Positions 38,583 through 46,172 of a stretch of 64,000 bases of DNA are shown piece after piece (position 1 is the stretch's first letter; each line of letters starts with the position of its first letter). The DNA lies in the NCBI GenBank assembly GCA_964601045.1, contig CAZRLF010000010.1, positions 30,295 to 94,294 on the forward strand. The letters run 5' to 3'. Source of the stretch: an uncultured Bacteriovoracaceae bacterium. GTDB lineage: Bacteria; Bdellovibrionota; UBA2394. The notes beneath the pieces were generated by a model, which was given only the letters and a program-made list of their open reading frames with translations, had not been told where the DNA came from and did not search any database. The position numbers and the translations under genes were made by a program.

Positions 38583-39890
38583 TTAAATCTTTCTAATCGA
38601 CTGAAGATAGGCCTTTAAAACATCTTTAATATTTTCTTTCTCGAAACCCAAAAATCGAATGAAAACAAATAACGTCGATGAATGATTAAGAAGAGTGACC
38701 AGCTTTACATCACTCTGGTAGAGACCAGGATAATCAACGTAGGCATTATTACAAAAGTTAATTTTAAGCGGAATATCATTCTTATTAGTCATCAGATACT
38801 CTCCGCAGTCGTTCTTCGTTACTGTCGGCCATTCTTCGGAGTAAGTCGCTCGATCATGCCAAAATGAAAAACCATCGTTATAAATACCCTCCATTAAAGA
38901 GAAAATCTGAAGATTATTGAGTGTTTTATTCTGAATTATTCTAAAGTGAACTTCATAAGTCCCTGTTGAAACATCATCGGTAAGATAAGAAGAAAGCGGC
39001 AAGTAACAATACCTAAAACTCTCTTCAAAATATTTTTCATTCTCAAGACGGCGATCGGAATAACATTTTAGCCCATCTGAAGGCTTCATGATCTCCCAGC
39101 CCGGCAAAGAAACGCTTTTGGTTTTTCGAAGTTCATTCATAGTAAGACGATTTTGAACATCCAACAGCTGGCCTTTCACAACCTTTTTAAGATCATCTGT
39201 CTTCAGAGGCTTAACGAGATCAGCGATATATTTCGCAGGAACCGCAAATGAAAGATTCTGAGATTCATTTAAATAAGCAACATTAACTCCAATCACATTG
39301 CCCTCTCGATCGATCGTAGGACCACCACTCATTCCGGAGTTCAAAGCTGTTGAAAGATAAATCTGTTCGTAAGGTCCATTCGAGATAAACCCGTTAAAGA
39401 CTCCCTCAATAATCGACATATTCAAATCTTGAGGAAGTCCTAAAGAATACACTCGATCACCGACAGCCATATTCTTATTAGAAATCTTAAGTGAAGATTT
39501 AAATTTATTTGGAACTTTTAAAAGCGCAAGGTCATGGGTGACGTCGACATTTACAATTTTAGCAGTTTGCCACTGATCGTCTTGCCCAACAAAAATTTTA
39601 TAAATATCTGAAGTACTAAATGCTTCTGAAACAACGTGAAAATTTGTAACCAAAAGACCATCTACTGAATAGACCCAGCCTGATCCGTAAGATCTTCGAG
39701 GTGAATCTTCAGAAGTCGCAGTCTTTACAACCAGAACCTGAGACTGAACTTTTTCGTAAAGTTTGCGTCCGAGAGAAAAAGATTGAGCTTCAAGATTAGA
39801 AAAGCAAAAGAGAAGCGCGCCAATTAAGAAGAAATGAGTCTTTATCGCGCGAAACTTCATTTTTTTGATTCCCCCTCTTCGACAAGCCAA
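38583..39890 (-). CDS. Secreted trypsin-like (S1 family) serine protease with a ~200-aa C-terminal domain of unknown type.
   Basis: Signal peptide, then the catalytic triad context TNFHVV (His), DLALLKV (Asp), GMSGGP (Ser). No PDZ domain is evident. Confidence 0.8.
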   Translation of the reverse strand: MACRRGGIKKMKFRAIKTHFFLIGALLFCFSNLEAQSFSLGRKLYEKVQSQVLVVKTATSEDSPRRSYGSGWVYSVDGLLVTNFHVVSEAFSTSDIYKIFVGQDDQWQTAKIVNVDVTHDLALLKVPNKFKSSLKISNKNMAVGDRVYSLGLPQDLNMSIIEGVFNGFISNGPYEQIYLSTALNSGMSGGPTIDREGNVIGVNVAYLNESQNLSFAVPAKYIADLVKPLKTDDLKKVVKGQLLDVQNRLTMNELRKTKSVSLPGWEIMKPSDGLKCYSDRRLENEKYFEESFRYCYLPLSSYLTDDVSTGTYEVHFRIIQNKTLNNLQIFSLMEGIYNDGFSFWHDRATYSEEWPTVTKNDCGEYLMTNKNDIPLKINFCNNAYVDYPGLYQSDVKLVTLLNHSSTLFVFIRFLGFEKENIKDVLKAYLQSIRKI

Positions 39891-40087
39891 TATTCCACGA
39901 CTATTTTACCACTATCCATCAATAACATTTTGACTCGCCGCTCTCCTACTGAAGTCCTGAACTCGTTCTAAAAACAGCTTTTTATGGGACTTAAAGGTCC
40001 CAGTGGGGAGTTTGTAAGTCACAGTCTTATTTGGCCGTTATACCCTAAAAACCTAATTATTTTAAGTGCTTACCTGTGGGACAGGCT

Positions 40088-40103
40088 TGGCACGATCTGT
40101 GCA
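40088..40103 (+). promoter_or_regulatory. Sigma-54 promoter (-24/-12) upstream of the tandem-repeat secreted protein gene.
   Basis: TGGCAC-gatct-GTGCA compared with TGGCAC-N5-TTGCA, a single mismatch. A palindrome CCTGTGGGACAGG abuts it upstream (40076-40088). Confidence 0.6.
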
Positions 40104-40198
40104 TAAAGTAAGGCTAAGCGGGCAAAGTCCCGCAGACTAAGGAAATGAGATTCGTCGATTTTGAAACCATGGAAATCGATGAGGACCAAGGAGGTTGT

Positions 40199-42487
40199 AT
40201 GCGTGGTTCGAAAACAATTAAATGGATGAAGCTTTTAGGGCCGGTGATCACTGCCGGGTATTTGCTCTCAACAATGCCGCTTCATTCTGAAGAAGCCTGG
40301 GTCACTATTGACGAAAAAGAACTCATTAAATCTCTCAACAGTTCATTTCTTAAAAAACCTGCAAGAGGCGACTCTAAAGGTGGAAGCGTTTTTTATGTTT
40401 CACGACAAGACTTGATGGAAAAAGGCCATCTCTATCTCGATACAGTTTACGAAGGTAAAAGTTTAAAGAAAGTAGAAATTGCACGAAAAATGGTTGGCTC
40501 AAGTAAAAGCTCAACCGACCCAAGAATTTATTGGATTAAGTTTCCTCCCATTTTTTCTGATTCAGGTTTGAGCCCAGCCGATGCAAGTGCACGGGTAGCC
40601 TCTGAAGCAGTTGTAGGAGTGAACTCAAGTTCAGTAGGAAAAGATTCTTCTACATATACTTATGCCGGCGGTAAAGGCGGCAAAGAGCCCGTTATGATTA
40701 GAATCATGTATCAAGGCCCTCTTAGCGAATCCGAAATTGGTGATCTCGTTAAAGCTCAATTAAAACTTAAAGGTTATGAACATCAATCAGACGATACCTT
40801 TAAAAATGCGCAGGGCGAATATCTGCTCGATATTTTTGGAAAGAAATTAACTCTTAAAGAATTAGTTTCTGATTTTAAAAATGATATCGACGGCAAATAT
40901 CGAAACCCATCATCTTCTTCAAGCACAACAACGACAACCAGCTACCCTTCAAATTCATCAACTTCTGATCGAGTTATTTATACTCCAAAATACGTCGATG
41001 GTAGTTCAAGCACTTCTACAACTATCAGAGACTATCCGAATGGAGGCGCTGGAAAAGGCGGTTCAGGATCTTCATCAGATTATGAATCTTATTTACGAAA
41101 GCTTGCCGGTCTTGATGGAAACGACGGATCATCTTCTTCAAGCTCATCTTCAACGGTAACAACTAGAGCACCCGGTCAATCATCTACTACTGAGCAACGG
41201 GTAAGTTATGGCCCAAATGGCCAAGTACTTTTACCTGGCGGCAGCGGAGTTTACGGACCAAACGGACAGATTATTGTGACCAGCAATATGGGTGCCAATG
41301 ATTTATTCAGACTCGCCATGCAAAGATACTATGGGGTTGGGCTTCCCAATCAAGGTCAAGGCAATGATTTCATCGTTTACTCGGGCGGAATGAGTCTCGA
41401 AGATTTAGTTAAGCAGCTTATGAATAAAGGTCTAAGCGAAGCTGATGCACGCAAAATTGCAGCAATGATTATGGCTTCTACTCAACCTGGCGGTGCGCTT
41501 TCAGTAAATGCACTTCTTGATTCTCTTCCTGCATCGATGAGTCGCGAAGATAAAATTAAATTACTGATGGATTTAGGACTTCTTAATCCTCAGATGTTTA
41601 GTCATACGCAGACTATGCCTGCTGGTATGAATGGACGACCAGCATTTGATGGACGACTTAATATCAATGTCACCTCAAATATGAGCGCTCAAGATTTACT
41701 CAGACTCGCCATGCAAAGATATTACGGTATTGGTCAGCCAGCCCTAGGCCAACAAGGTGGCGGCGACTCTATCATTTATACTGGCGGACTCAGCCTTGAT
41801 GATTTGGTTAAACAACTGATGAACAAAGGCATGAGCGAAGCTGATGCACGCAAAATTGCGACAATGATTTTAGGCTCTGGCCAACCTGGCGGTGCTGTAT
41901 CGATTAGTTCAATTTTCTCAGCTCTTCCTTCAACGATGAGTGAAGCTGATAAATATAAATTGCTGATCGATCTTGGACTTCTCACACCACAAAACAGTGC
42001 TCATAGCGAACGAATCGTTCGCATGCCTGGAACAGGTTATGACATTCAAACATCTCCTGGTTCATCGTCAGGATCGACGGTTCGAGTTGGAGGGGGAAGC
42101 GCCTCTTCATCGGATATCGAAGACTGGGGCGATGGAGTTCTCAGACTTAAAACTATTAATGCAAAAGGTGATTTTGAATGGCTTCCTATTTACGGCGACT
42201 ACGCTTATGCCGAAAGTGATAAAGCCCGAACCAACCCTCTCTATAAGAAAAATTCTTCTGGGGGATTTGATTTGATCGCAGGAGCTGCAGGTACACCTGC
42301 AATTGCCAGCAAAACTGCAGATGGCAAAGTTATTTTGACCTATATTGGAGGTCTTAATAATGGAAGCGCGTTTAAAAAAGATCTTAAGGAGCCGGTTGTA
42401 TTAGGATCAAATGCAGAAACAAATAAAGCTGCCCTCAATAAACAAGTAGACGAAGCCGTACAAGATTTATTGAGACCTACGAATTAA
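40199..42487 (+). CDS. Large secreted protein of unknown function. It has S/T/G low-complexity linkers and two ~132-aa tandem repeats, at about 41270-41665 and 41666-41995.
   Basis: AAGGAGG lies 5 nt upstream of ATG 40199 (MRGSKTIKWMKLLGPVITAGYLLSTMPLHS, a signal peptide). The alternative in-frame ATG at 40145 would add an 18-aa acidic leader. The repeat unit is NMxAxDLxRLAMQRYYGxGxP...SLxDLVKQLMNKGxSEADARKIAxMI...QPGGA...DKxKLLxDLGLL. DNA identity between the two copies is high, for example GAAGCTGATGCACGCAAAATTGC at both 41438 and 41838. Confidence 0.7.
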   Translation: MRGSKTIKWMKLLGPVITAGYLLSTMPLHSEEAWVTIDEKELIKSLNSSFLKKPARGDSKGGSVFYVSRQDLMEKGHLYLDTVYEGKSLKKVEIARKMVGSSKSSTDPRIYWIKFPPIFSDSGLSPADASARVASEAVVGVNSSSVGKDSSTYTYAGGKGGKEPVMIRIMYQGPLSESEIGDLVKAQLKLKGYEHQSDDTFKNAQGEYLLDIFGKKLTLKELVSDFKNDIDGKYRNPSSSSSTTTTTSYPSNSSTSDRVIYTPKYVDGSSSTSTTIRDYPNGGAGKGGSGSSSDYESYLRKLAGLDGNDGSSSSSSSSTVTTRAPGQSSTTEQRVSYGPNGQVLLPGGSGVYGPNGQIIVTSNMGANDLFRLAMQRYYGVGLPNQGQGNDFIVYSGGMSLEDLVKQLMNKGLSEADARKIAAMIMASTQPGGALSVNALLDSLPASMSREDKIKLLMDLGLLNPQMFSHTQTMPAGMNGRPAFDGRLNINVTSNMSAQDLLRLAMQRYYGIGQPALGQQGGGDSIIYTGGLSLDDLVKQLMNKGMSEADARKIATMILGSGQPGGAVSISSIFSALPSTMSEADKYKLLIDLGLLTPQNSAHSERIVRMPGTGYDIQTSPGSSSGSTVRVGGGSASSSDIEDWGDGVLRLKTINAKGDFEWLPIYGDYAYAESDKARTNPLYKKNSSGGFDLIAGAAGTPAIASKTADGKVILTYIGGLNNGSAFKKDLKEPVVLGSNAETNKAALNKQVDEAVQDLLRPTN

Positions 42488-42555
42488 CAAAAAGCGGAAG
42501 ATCGTACTTATCGCATAAATAAAATTTACCTCATACTCCACACACACCACACGAG

Positions 42556-42597
42556 CGTCTGGTGAGGCACGGTGCCTCAACCAGACGTTTCGCTTTT
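42556..42597 (+). terminator. Intrinsic terminator.
   Basis: Hairpin CGTCTGGTGAGGCAC-g-GTGCCTCAaCCAGACG, then TTTCGCTTTT. Confidence 0.6.
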
Positions 42598-42735
42598 GGA
42601 CCTCTAAAAATCCCCTCTTTTTATAAGCCTTTCTGCGACATTCCCACCCTGCCCATGCGACATCCCCTCCCCAGATTGATGGTGACGGAGGCAAGTAAAA
42701 CCAAGAAATTTCAAGGGGTTACAGATGGCATAGGC

Positions 42736-42751
42736 TGGCACGGCTCTTGCT
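42736..42751 (+). promoter_or_regulatory. Sigma-54 promoter upstream of the coiled-coil lipoprotein gene.
   Basis: TGGCACG-gctc-TTGCT is an exact match to TGGCACG-N4-TTGCW. It lies ~55 nt upstream of GTG 42806. Confidence 0.65.
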
Positions 42752-42805
42752 CTACTTAAGGCTGAGACCGAATAGGTCTCATGGACTTCGTTAAGGAGGT
42801 TTTTT

Positions 42806-44101
42806 GTGAAAACAGCGAATACTTTAAAATCTATAGCAATCACAACGGCACTGGGAGTTTTCTTTGCTGGTTGTGGTGGAGGACCCGAAGGAGATAGCCG
42901 AACGCTTACTCCTCCAGCCAATTCAGGAAGCGGAAGTACGACTTCGCCGATTGTTAATCCCATTACAAGCGGTGGATCCGGAACTATTGGTGGAACAGCA
43001 ACAAGCGGCGTTACTGCAGACAATGCTCTAAACGCTAAGCTTGATGCGATTCACAGCCAAGCTGCTGGAGCCAATAAAAATGCTAAATCCGCAAAGAGCA
43101 AAGCCAACTGGGCAATGATCCTCGGAGGAGTTGTCGCAGGTATCGGAGCTATCGCAATGGCTAAGAATACTGTCGATAATTACAAGGCTCTTGAAGGTGA
43201 AAAAAATAGATTAGGAAAATCTTTACTGAACGGCGTTACTTTTACTCGTACACCTGTTCTTAAAAAAGCAATGACCGAAGCAGTTGAAAATGGCGTTGTT
43301 GGCGTAAATGAAAATATTTCAAATCATGATGCACGCGAACAAGCTTTTCATAAGGTTTCACTTGAGCAAGGTAAAGCCATTAAAGACGGAACCGATGCAA
43401 ACGCCGGATTAGCTTTTATCAATGGTGAACAAATCAAAGATGTTCATACCGCTGTTAAGGAAGGCAACGATCGCCAAATGCAACAAGCTAAAGTTATTAA
43501 CAACAAACTTACCGAGCAAGCTGCCGCAGTTAATTCAATTCAATTTGAAATTAAGCAAAAACTTGTTACCAGCATGAAAGCTGAACAAGACGCTAAAACT
43601 GAGTTAGCCAAAGCTCAACTTGATGTTCAAAGCTTAAAATCAAAAATGGGCGATTTAGAAGGAGCTAAAGCTGGCTTAATGAGCTCTCTTGATAATGCTC
43701 AAAAAGTCTACAATGAACTTCAATCGTCAAAAGATGAGCAATCAGTAAGATATGCCAACTCACTTAAAGATCTTATCGATCAAACAAATAAATCTTTGAT
43801 GAGCTTTAACCAAACTATTTCAAAAATTTCTACGGCAACTAAACCTGCAGAAATCGTTACACCAGCCGTTCCTGCGCAACCTGCGGCTCCTACTGTTGTA
43901 CCAAATGCAGACGCACAAAAAATTCTCGAGAACGTATCTCCAGGAAAAGGTAATGCCGCACTTCAAATTCCTGGCACGAGTATCGGAAGTTCTTTAAGAA
44001 ACAGAGGGCTACAATCTCCTGCGCTTGTAGAAGAGGGGAAAGAAGTTATCACCTTAGCTCCTCAAACATCATTTGGCCCTGCTAACGTTGCCGCTAAATA
44101 A
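42806..44101 (+). CDS. Lipoprotein with a coiled-coil region, a hydrophobic helix and a Pro/Ala-rich C-terminal linker. Function unknown. GTG start.
   Basis: AAGGAGG RBS. Lipobox FFAGC-G. A long heptad-like region follows (...QAKVINNKLTEQAAAVNSIQFEIKQKLVTSMKAEQDAKTELAKAQLDVQSLKSKMGDLEG...). An internal hydrophobic segment WAMILGGVVAGIGAIAMA is present. Confidence 0.6.
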   Translation: MKTANTLKSIAITTALGVFFAGCGGGPEGDSRTLTPPANSGSGSTTSPIVNPITSGGSGTIGGTATSGVTADNALNAKLDAIHSQAAGANKNAKSAKSKANWAMILGGVVAGIGAIAMAKNTVDNYKALEGEKNRLGKSLLNGVTFTRTPVLKKAMTEAVENGVVGVNENISNHDAREQAFHKVSLEQGKAIKDGTDANAGLAFINGEQIKDVHTAVKEGNDRQMQQAKVINNKLTEQAAAVNSIQFEIKQKLVTSMKAEQDAKTELAKAQLDVQSLKSKMGDLEGAKAGLMSSLDNAQKVYNELQSSKDEQSVRYANSLKDLIDQTNKSLMSFNQTISKISTATKPAEIVTPAVPAQPAAPTVVPNADAQKILENVSPGKGNAALQIPGTSIGSSLRNRGLQSPALVEEGKEVITLAPQTSFGPANVAAK

Positions 44102-44131
44102 CAAATTTTGGCTATAGATATGAAATCGCTG

Positions 44132-44167
44132 CTGAGGACTTCAGAAATGAAGTCCTCAGTTTTTTTC
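44132..44167 (+). terminator. Intrinsic terminator.
   Basis: Perfect 12-bp stem CTGAGGACTTCA-gaaa-TGAAGTCCTCAG, then T7. Confidence 0.85.
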
Positions 44168-44761
44168 TATATTCAAAAGAATGCGAGACAAAACTTTAAC
44201 CTGCTTCTTTAATTGAGCCTTAGACGAATTCAACAGAATAAAATGCGAAAGATTCGCCTTCACGGCAGGTGAAAATTGCTTACTCTCTAAAAACCTAAAT
44301 AGCTTAAGATCCATTCCTCTTTTTCTGACTCGCTTAAGTCTATCTTTGAGAGGAGCAAAAATAAAAATATTGCAGTCGAAATACTGATCAAACTTAGCTT
44401 CAAAAAGAAGCGGAACTTCAACAACACACGGTTTTTTGCTCGCTTTAAGAACTTTAAAAATCTCATCCTTAACCAGGGGATGAATCCAACGCTCAAGTTT
44501 TTTTAGACCAGCCGAGCTCTGACCAAATCGTTTAAGAATTTCTTCTTTAGTGAGACCTTCTTTTTGATAAATGCGTGCAACGATTTCATCAGCCGAAGAA
44601 ATCGTCCAACCCAGCTTTCGAAAAGCTTTCAAACTCGTACTCTTACCTGACGCCAAAGATCCAGTAAGTCCCACCCAAAGAGGAGTTTTCTTGCGACTTC
44701 TGTGTCCCAATCGACGGCCACTGCCGCCTTTCTTTGCTGATCTTTGCGCCTCCGTCACCAT
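44156..44761 (-). CDS. coaE: Dephospho-CoA kinase.
   Basis: P-loop VGLTGSLASGKST. The length (201 aa) and fold-level motifs are those of CoaE. Confidence 0.85.
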   Translation of the reverse strand: MVTEAQRSAKKGGSGRRLGHRSRKKTPLWVGLTGSLASGKSTSLKAFRKLGWTISSADEIVARIYQKEGLTKEEILKRFGQSSAGLKKLERWIHPLVKDEIFKVLKASKKPCVVEVPLLFEAKFDQYFDCNIFIFAPLKDRLKRVRKRGMDLKLFRFLESKQFSPAVKANLSHFILLNSSKAQLKKQVKVLSRILLNIEKN

Positions 44762-44813
44762 ACTAAGCCTATGAAAACCTTAGCTTTTATAGATGCGCCT
44801 GGCCAGCACTGGC

Positions 44814-44829
44814 TGGCATGAGACTTGCA
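44814..44829 (+). promoter_or_regulatory. Sigma-54 promoter upstream of a small lipoprotein gene.
   Basis: TGGCAT-gagac-TTGCA compared with TGGCAC-N5-TTGCA, one mismatch. It lies ~40 nt upstream of ATG 44870. Confidence 0.55.
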
Positions 44830-44869
44830 TTTTAAGGCTATCGGAGATGAGTACGGGAGACGAAAGACT

Positions 44870-45340
44870 ATGAATAATGCAGTAAGAACAATCCTATCAG
44901 TTTTAGCCGTGGCGACCTTTTTTGCAGGTTGCGGTGAGAGCTATCAAGGAACCTACGTCGGAGACGCTGTGGTTCCCATGGCTTGCGGAGCAAGTTCGTC
45001 AAAAGACTACCGAATCGAAGTTAAAACGAATGTTTCTGGTGATGACGTTCAAATCTTGATTACAAGCCTCATTTCAAAAAAGACAAATCAAGAAGATACC
45101 TATTTAAATCAATTTGTTTATGGAACTCCCGTTAATGCGAAGTTTTTTAATGGAAACGAAAACTTCGAAGCTAGCCTTCAAGAATACGAAAACAGCCCAG
45201 ATCAAGTGGCCGTCCGAGGAAATCTCTCTTCGGGACGAGACACAATTACAGGCTTTTCATTCGATCGAGTAAAATACTTCTCGAACAATCAAAGCTGTGT
45301 TTTTCAAGTTCAAGCCAGCAGTCTTAAACTTAAAGAGTAA
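44870..45340 (+). CDS. Small lipoprotein of unknown function. The start is trimmed; the track's TTG at 44825 lies inside the promoter.
   Basis: A GGAGATGAG...GGGAGA purine-rich region precedes ATG 44870. The N-terminus MNNAVRTILSVLAVATFFAGC-G is a lipobox. Confidence 0.6.
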   Translation: MNNAVRTILSVLAVATFFAGCGESYQGTYVGDAVVPMACGASSSKDYRIEVKTNVSGDDVQILITSLISKKTNQEDTYLNQFVYGTPVNAKFFNGNENFEASLQEYENSPDQVAVRGNLSSGRDTITGFSFDRVKYFSNNQSCVFQVQASSLKLKE

Positions 45341-45413
45341 GACTTCAGACTGAAGTTAACAGAGAGCAATTCTAGTCAATCGGTGCCGAGATCATTATGA
45401 TGAATTTCGGCGC

Positions 45414-46172
45414 ATGATTTTTAAGCATTTTATCCGATCTCTTTGTCTCATTGTTGGCCTAGATCTGGCGCTAGGAGTCGGTATCTACTATTCACTTCCT
45501 GATACAAAAAAATTAATCTCAGGAACAAGCTTAGTGCGCACCAATGGCCTGGGAAGAAAATTCACCTTTACCGCTGGCCCGCGAAATAAAAGCTATTTGC
45601 GTCTTGATCAAATTTCAAAATATTTAAAGACGTCTGTTTTGCTACTTGAAGATGCTCGATTTTATCAACACAACGGGTTTGATTTTGAAGAAATCTTAAA
45701 CTCTCTTGAAGATGCATTTGATTCCGGATCAAGACTTCGAGGTGCGAGTACGATTTCACAGCAACTGGTTAAAAATTTATATCTTACTCCCGAACGAACT
45801 TTTAAAAGAAAGATTCTTGAAGCACTCATCACAACTAAACTCGAATTAACTTTAACTAAGTCTCAAATTCTCGAAATTTATCTTAACAGTATCGATTGGG
45901 GTCGAGGACTTTTAGGAATTCAAGACGCCGCTCATTATTATTTTAAAAAATCTCCGGCAAGATTAAATGTGAAAGAATCTGTTTTTCTTTCGGCAATTAT
46001 TCCGAACCCAACTCGATTTGGAAAACTTGATCCCGAACAAACGCCTAAACGCTTTGTCCGAAAACAAATGATGCGTGCCCTTCAGGCAATGTACCGCAGC
46101 GGACTTATTTCTTTTACTGAATACGAATCTGTTATGCAAAACCCCTACGAACTGCAAAGCGACGAATTTTAA
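45414..46172 (+). CDS. mtgA: Monofunctional biosynthetic peptidoglycan transglycosylase (GT51).
   Basis: N-terminal TM helix, then the GT51 motifs ...LLLEDARFYQHNGFDFEEI... and ...RKILEALIT.... Confidence 0.85.
   Translation: MIFKHFIRSLCLIVGLDLALGVGIYYSLPDTKKLISGTSLVRTNGLGRKFTFTAGPRNKSYLRLDQISKYLKTSVLLLEDARFYQHNGFDFEEILNSLEDAFDSGSRLRGASTISQQLVKNLYLTPERTFKRKILEALITTKLELTLTKSQILEIYLNSIDWGRGLLGIQDAAHYYFKKSPARLNVKESVFLSAIIPNPTRFGKLDPEQTPKRFVRKQMMRALQAMYRSGLISFTEYESVMQNPYELQSDEF

Noticed and set aside
40145-40198. Upstream in-frame ATG for the tandem-repeat protein.
   Set aside because: It would add an 18-aa acidic segment (MRFVDFETMEIDEDQGGC) ahead of an otherwise typical signal peptide. The stronger SD (AAGGAGG) precedes ATG 40199. 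This is kept as an alternative start only.
42604-43023. 139-aa minus-strand ORF.
   Set aside because: It is antisense to the sigma-54 promoter region and the 5' end of the lipoprotein gene. It is Pro/Gly-rich as expected from the reverse translation of a Ser/Gly-rich coding region. No RBS.
45341-45413. Hairpin GACTTCAGACTGAAGT after the small lipoprotein gene, considered as a possible terminator.
   Set aside because: The stem is only 5-7 bp with a 1-5-nt loop and no following T-tract. Too weak to call.
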